Source of the DNA: an uncultured Candidatus Actinomarina sp.
Lineage (GTDB): Bacteria; Actinomycetota; Acidimicrobiia; Actinomarinales; Actinomarinaceae
Assembly (NCBI GenBank): GCA_902555055.1
Contig: CACDQN010000005.1
Coordinates: 1-62,226, forward strand
Reading direction: 5' to 3'
Length of the DNA: 62,226 nt
Shown: positions 60,686-62,226 of the stretch, piece after piece
How the letters are laid out: the number at the start of each line of letters is the position of its first letter
Position numbering within the stretch: position 1 is the stretch's first letter
The notes under the pieces: generated by a model
The model's database searches: none
Seen by the model: only the letters and a program-made list of their open reading frames with translations
Told to the model about the DNA's origin: nothing
Made by a program: the position numbers and the translations under genes

Positions 60686-61075
60686 CTATCTCTTAGTGAA
60701 TTGTTCAGCTCTTCTTGCTTTTTTAAGACCATATTTTTTTCTTTCAACTTTTCTAGAATCTCTTGTTAAAAGTCCTGCTTTTTTAAGTTTTGGACGTAAA
60801 TTTTGGTCTACTTCCAATAAAGCCCTTGATATTCCGAGTGATACTGCATCTGACTGTGCTGATAGTCCACTTCCTGAGACATTTACAATAACATCAAAGT
60901 TGTCTTCCATATTTACAACTTTAAAAGGTTTCTCAATTGTCATCTTCATGCTTGGGCTTGGAAAGTACTGGGAGATATCTTTTCCATTAAATGTATACTT
61001 GCCAGATCCCTCAACTAAAGTTACTCTCGCAACAGAAGTCTTTCTTCTTCCAGTACCATAAAATTTGTTAGCCAT
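60686..61075 (-). CDS. rpsI: 30S ribosomal protein S9
   Basis: GTGRRK, LTRD.RKVERKKYGLKKARR. Confidence 0.98.
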   Translation of the reverse strand: MANKFYGTGRRKTSVARVTLVEGSGKYTFNGKDISQYFPSPSMKMTIEKPFKVVNMEDNFDVIVNVSGSGLSAQSDAVSLGISRALLEVDQNLRPKLKKAGLLTRDSRKVERKKYGLKKARRAEQFTKR

Positions 61076-61529
61076 TACCTTCTACTTTCTTTATATTAAA
61101 AATTAATTCCTGAGGATTTTGGCTTTCATGAGGATGTTCAGCATTTGCATAGATATGTAATTTCTTTAAAATTGATCTTCCTAATCTATTTTTTGGCAAC
61201 ATTCCCCAAACAGCACGTTCTATTATTCTTTCTGGTTTTCTTTGACGTAGAGAATTAAAACTTTCTGACTTTATACCACCAGGAAAGCCTGAATGAGAAT
61301 GATACATTTTTTGCTCGGGCTTTTTAGATGTAATAGCAATTTCTGATGCATTTATTACTACAACATGATCTCCTACATCTAAATGAGGTGCATACTGTGG
61401 TTTATGCTTTCCTCTTAATATTTGAGCAATTTCACTTGCAAGCCTACCAATAGGCAAACCGCTAGCATCAACTAAGTGCCAATTACGCTCGGAAGCATCT
61501 ATTCCTTCAAATGTAGTTTTAATGTTCAT
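61068..61529 (-). CDS. rplM: 50S ribosomal protein L13
   Basis: GRLAS..A.ILRGKHKP, GMLPKNRLG, HPH. Confidence 0.98.
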   Translation of the reverse strand: MNIKTTFEGIDASERNWHLVDASGLPIGRLASEIAQILRGKHKPQYAPHLDVGDHVVVINASEIAITSKKPEQKMYHSHSGFPGGIKSESFNSLRQRKPERIIERAVWGMLPKNRLGRSILKKLHIYANAEHPHESQNPQELIFNIKKVEGNG

Positions 61530-61589
61530 TTATCAATCTTTTGAATTGTAACGAACTACTAGTATAAAGTGCATTAATATTTATGAAAA

Positions 61590-62225
61590 CTAGTATTTAA
61601 CTTTCCAAAGTATCAAACCGTGTGATGGTGCAATAAAGTTTAATCTTCCACCCGATGGCTTTTTAAGTTCATTTAAAATTTCTTTAAGAGATAATTTTTG
61701 GTCAGCATAAGCTAGTTGTACTCCAACGATATTTCTGACCATATTTCTAAGAAAAGAATTAGCAATTATTGTATATTCATAAATTTCATTTTTCTTTGTC
61801 CATTTACTAGATAAAATGCTCCTTCTAGGATTATTAAACTTTTCAATTTTAGCGAAAGAAGAAAAGTCATATTCACCAACAAATAATTTTGCAACTTTAT
61901 TTAGATCATCCAAATTTAATAGTGAATGAAACTGATAAGTGTTTTTATTTAAATGTGGGTAATTTGACTTTGAATCTCTTACTAAATACTTGTAAGTTCT
62001 TTCAGTAGCTCCATATCGTGCATGAAAATTATCAGAAACAACCTTGAAGGAGTTTATTGAAATCGAATCTCCCAGAATCTTATTTAAAGAATTAATCTTT
62101 TTACTATCAAGAACGAAAGCTGTTTTAATATTTACAATTTGCGATTTAGCATGTACACCGGCATCAGTTCTACCAGAATAATTTAATTCATACGAATCTA
62201 AAAGAACATTTAAAGCTTCTTCTAA
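61590..62225 (-). CDS. truA: tRNA pseudouridine(38-40) synthase, 5' truncated by the window edge
   Basis: The frame extends past 61913 to the window end and includes SGRTDAGVHA; also FLRNMVR and APSHGL. Confidence 0.93.
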   Translation of the reverse strand, partial: LEEALNVLLDSYELNYSGRTDAGVHAKSQIVNIKTAFVLDSKKINSLNKILGDSISINSFKVVSDNFHARYGATERTYKYLVRDSKSNYPHLNKNTYQFHSLLNLDDLNKVAKLFVGEYDFSSFAKIEKFNNPRRSILSSKWTKKNEIYEYTIIANSFLRNMVRNIVGVQLAYADQKLSLKEILNELKKPSGGRLNFIAPSHGLILWKVKY

Positions 62226-62226
62226 T

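Overview
This is an AT-rich, very gene-dense bacterial chromosome segment with many 1-18 bp gene overlaps. Actinobacterial markers (WhiB, the tRNA-fMet/UPF0182/PDZ-Lon synteny, AhpE-type peroxiredoxin, a Nur-like regulator) suggest a streamlined low-GC actinobacterium such as marine Ca. Actinomarinales; this is inference. Most of it is core metabolism: plsY, uppP, a LIV-type ABC transporter with an embedded acyl-CoA synthetase, sdhCDAB, mdh-icd-sucCD, pcrA, trpS, an aro/tyr/phe super-operon, groESL, tsaEBD-rimI-alr, glmM/glmS, rplM-rpsI and truA. I saw no mobile elements, CRISPR arrays or rRNA. Features the ORF track misses: (1) a membrane-anchored thioredoxin-fold ORF read through an in-frame TGA at a UxxC site, with a SECIS-like hairpin (candidate selenoprotein, 38595-39068, minus strand); (2) a Tyr/Phe (YFYF) leader-peptide attenuator before the aro operon; (3) a glmS ribozyme; (4) a Nur-type operator before cbiQO, with no S-component nearby; (5) three unannotated small proteins; (6) two +1 homopolymer frameshifts. 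Unusual proteins include a Translin/Trax-family nuclease and a peptidase S51-like domain fused to a CysRS-like C-terminal domain.
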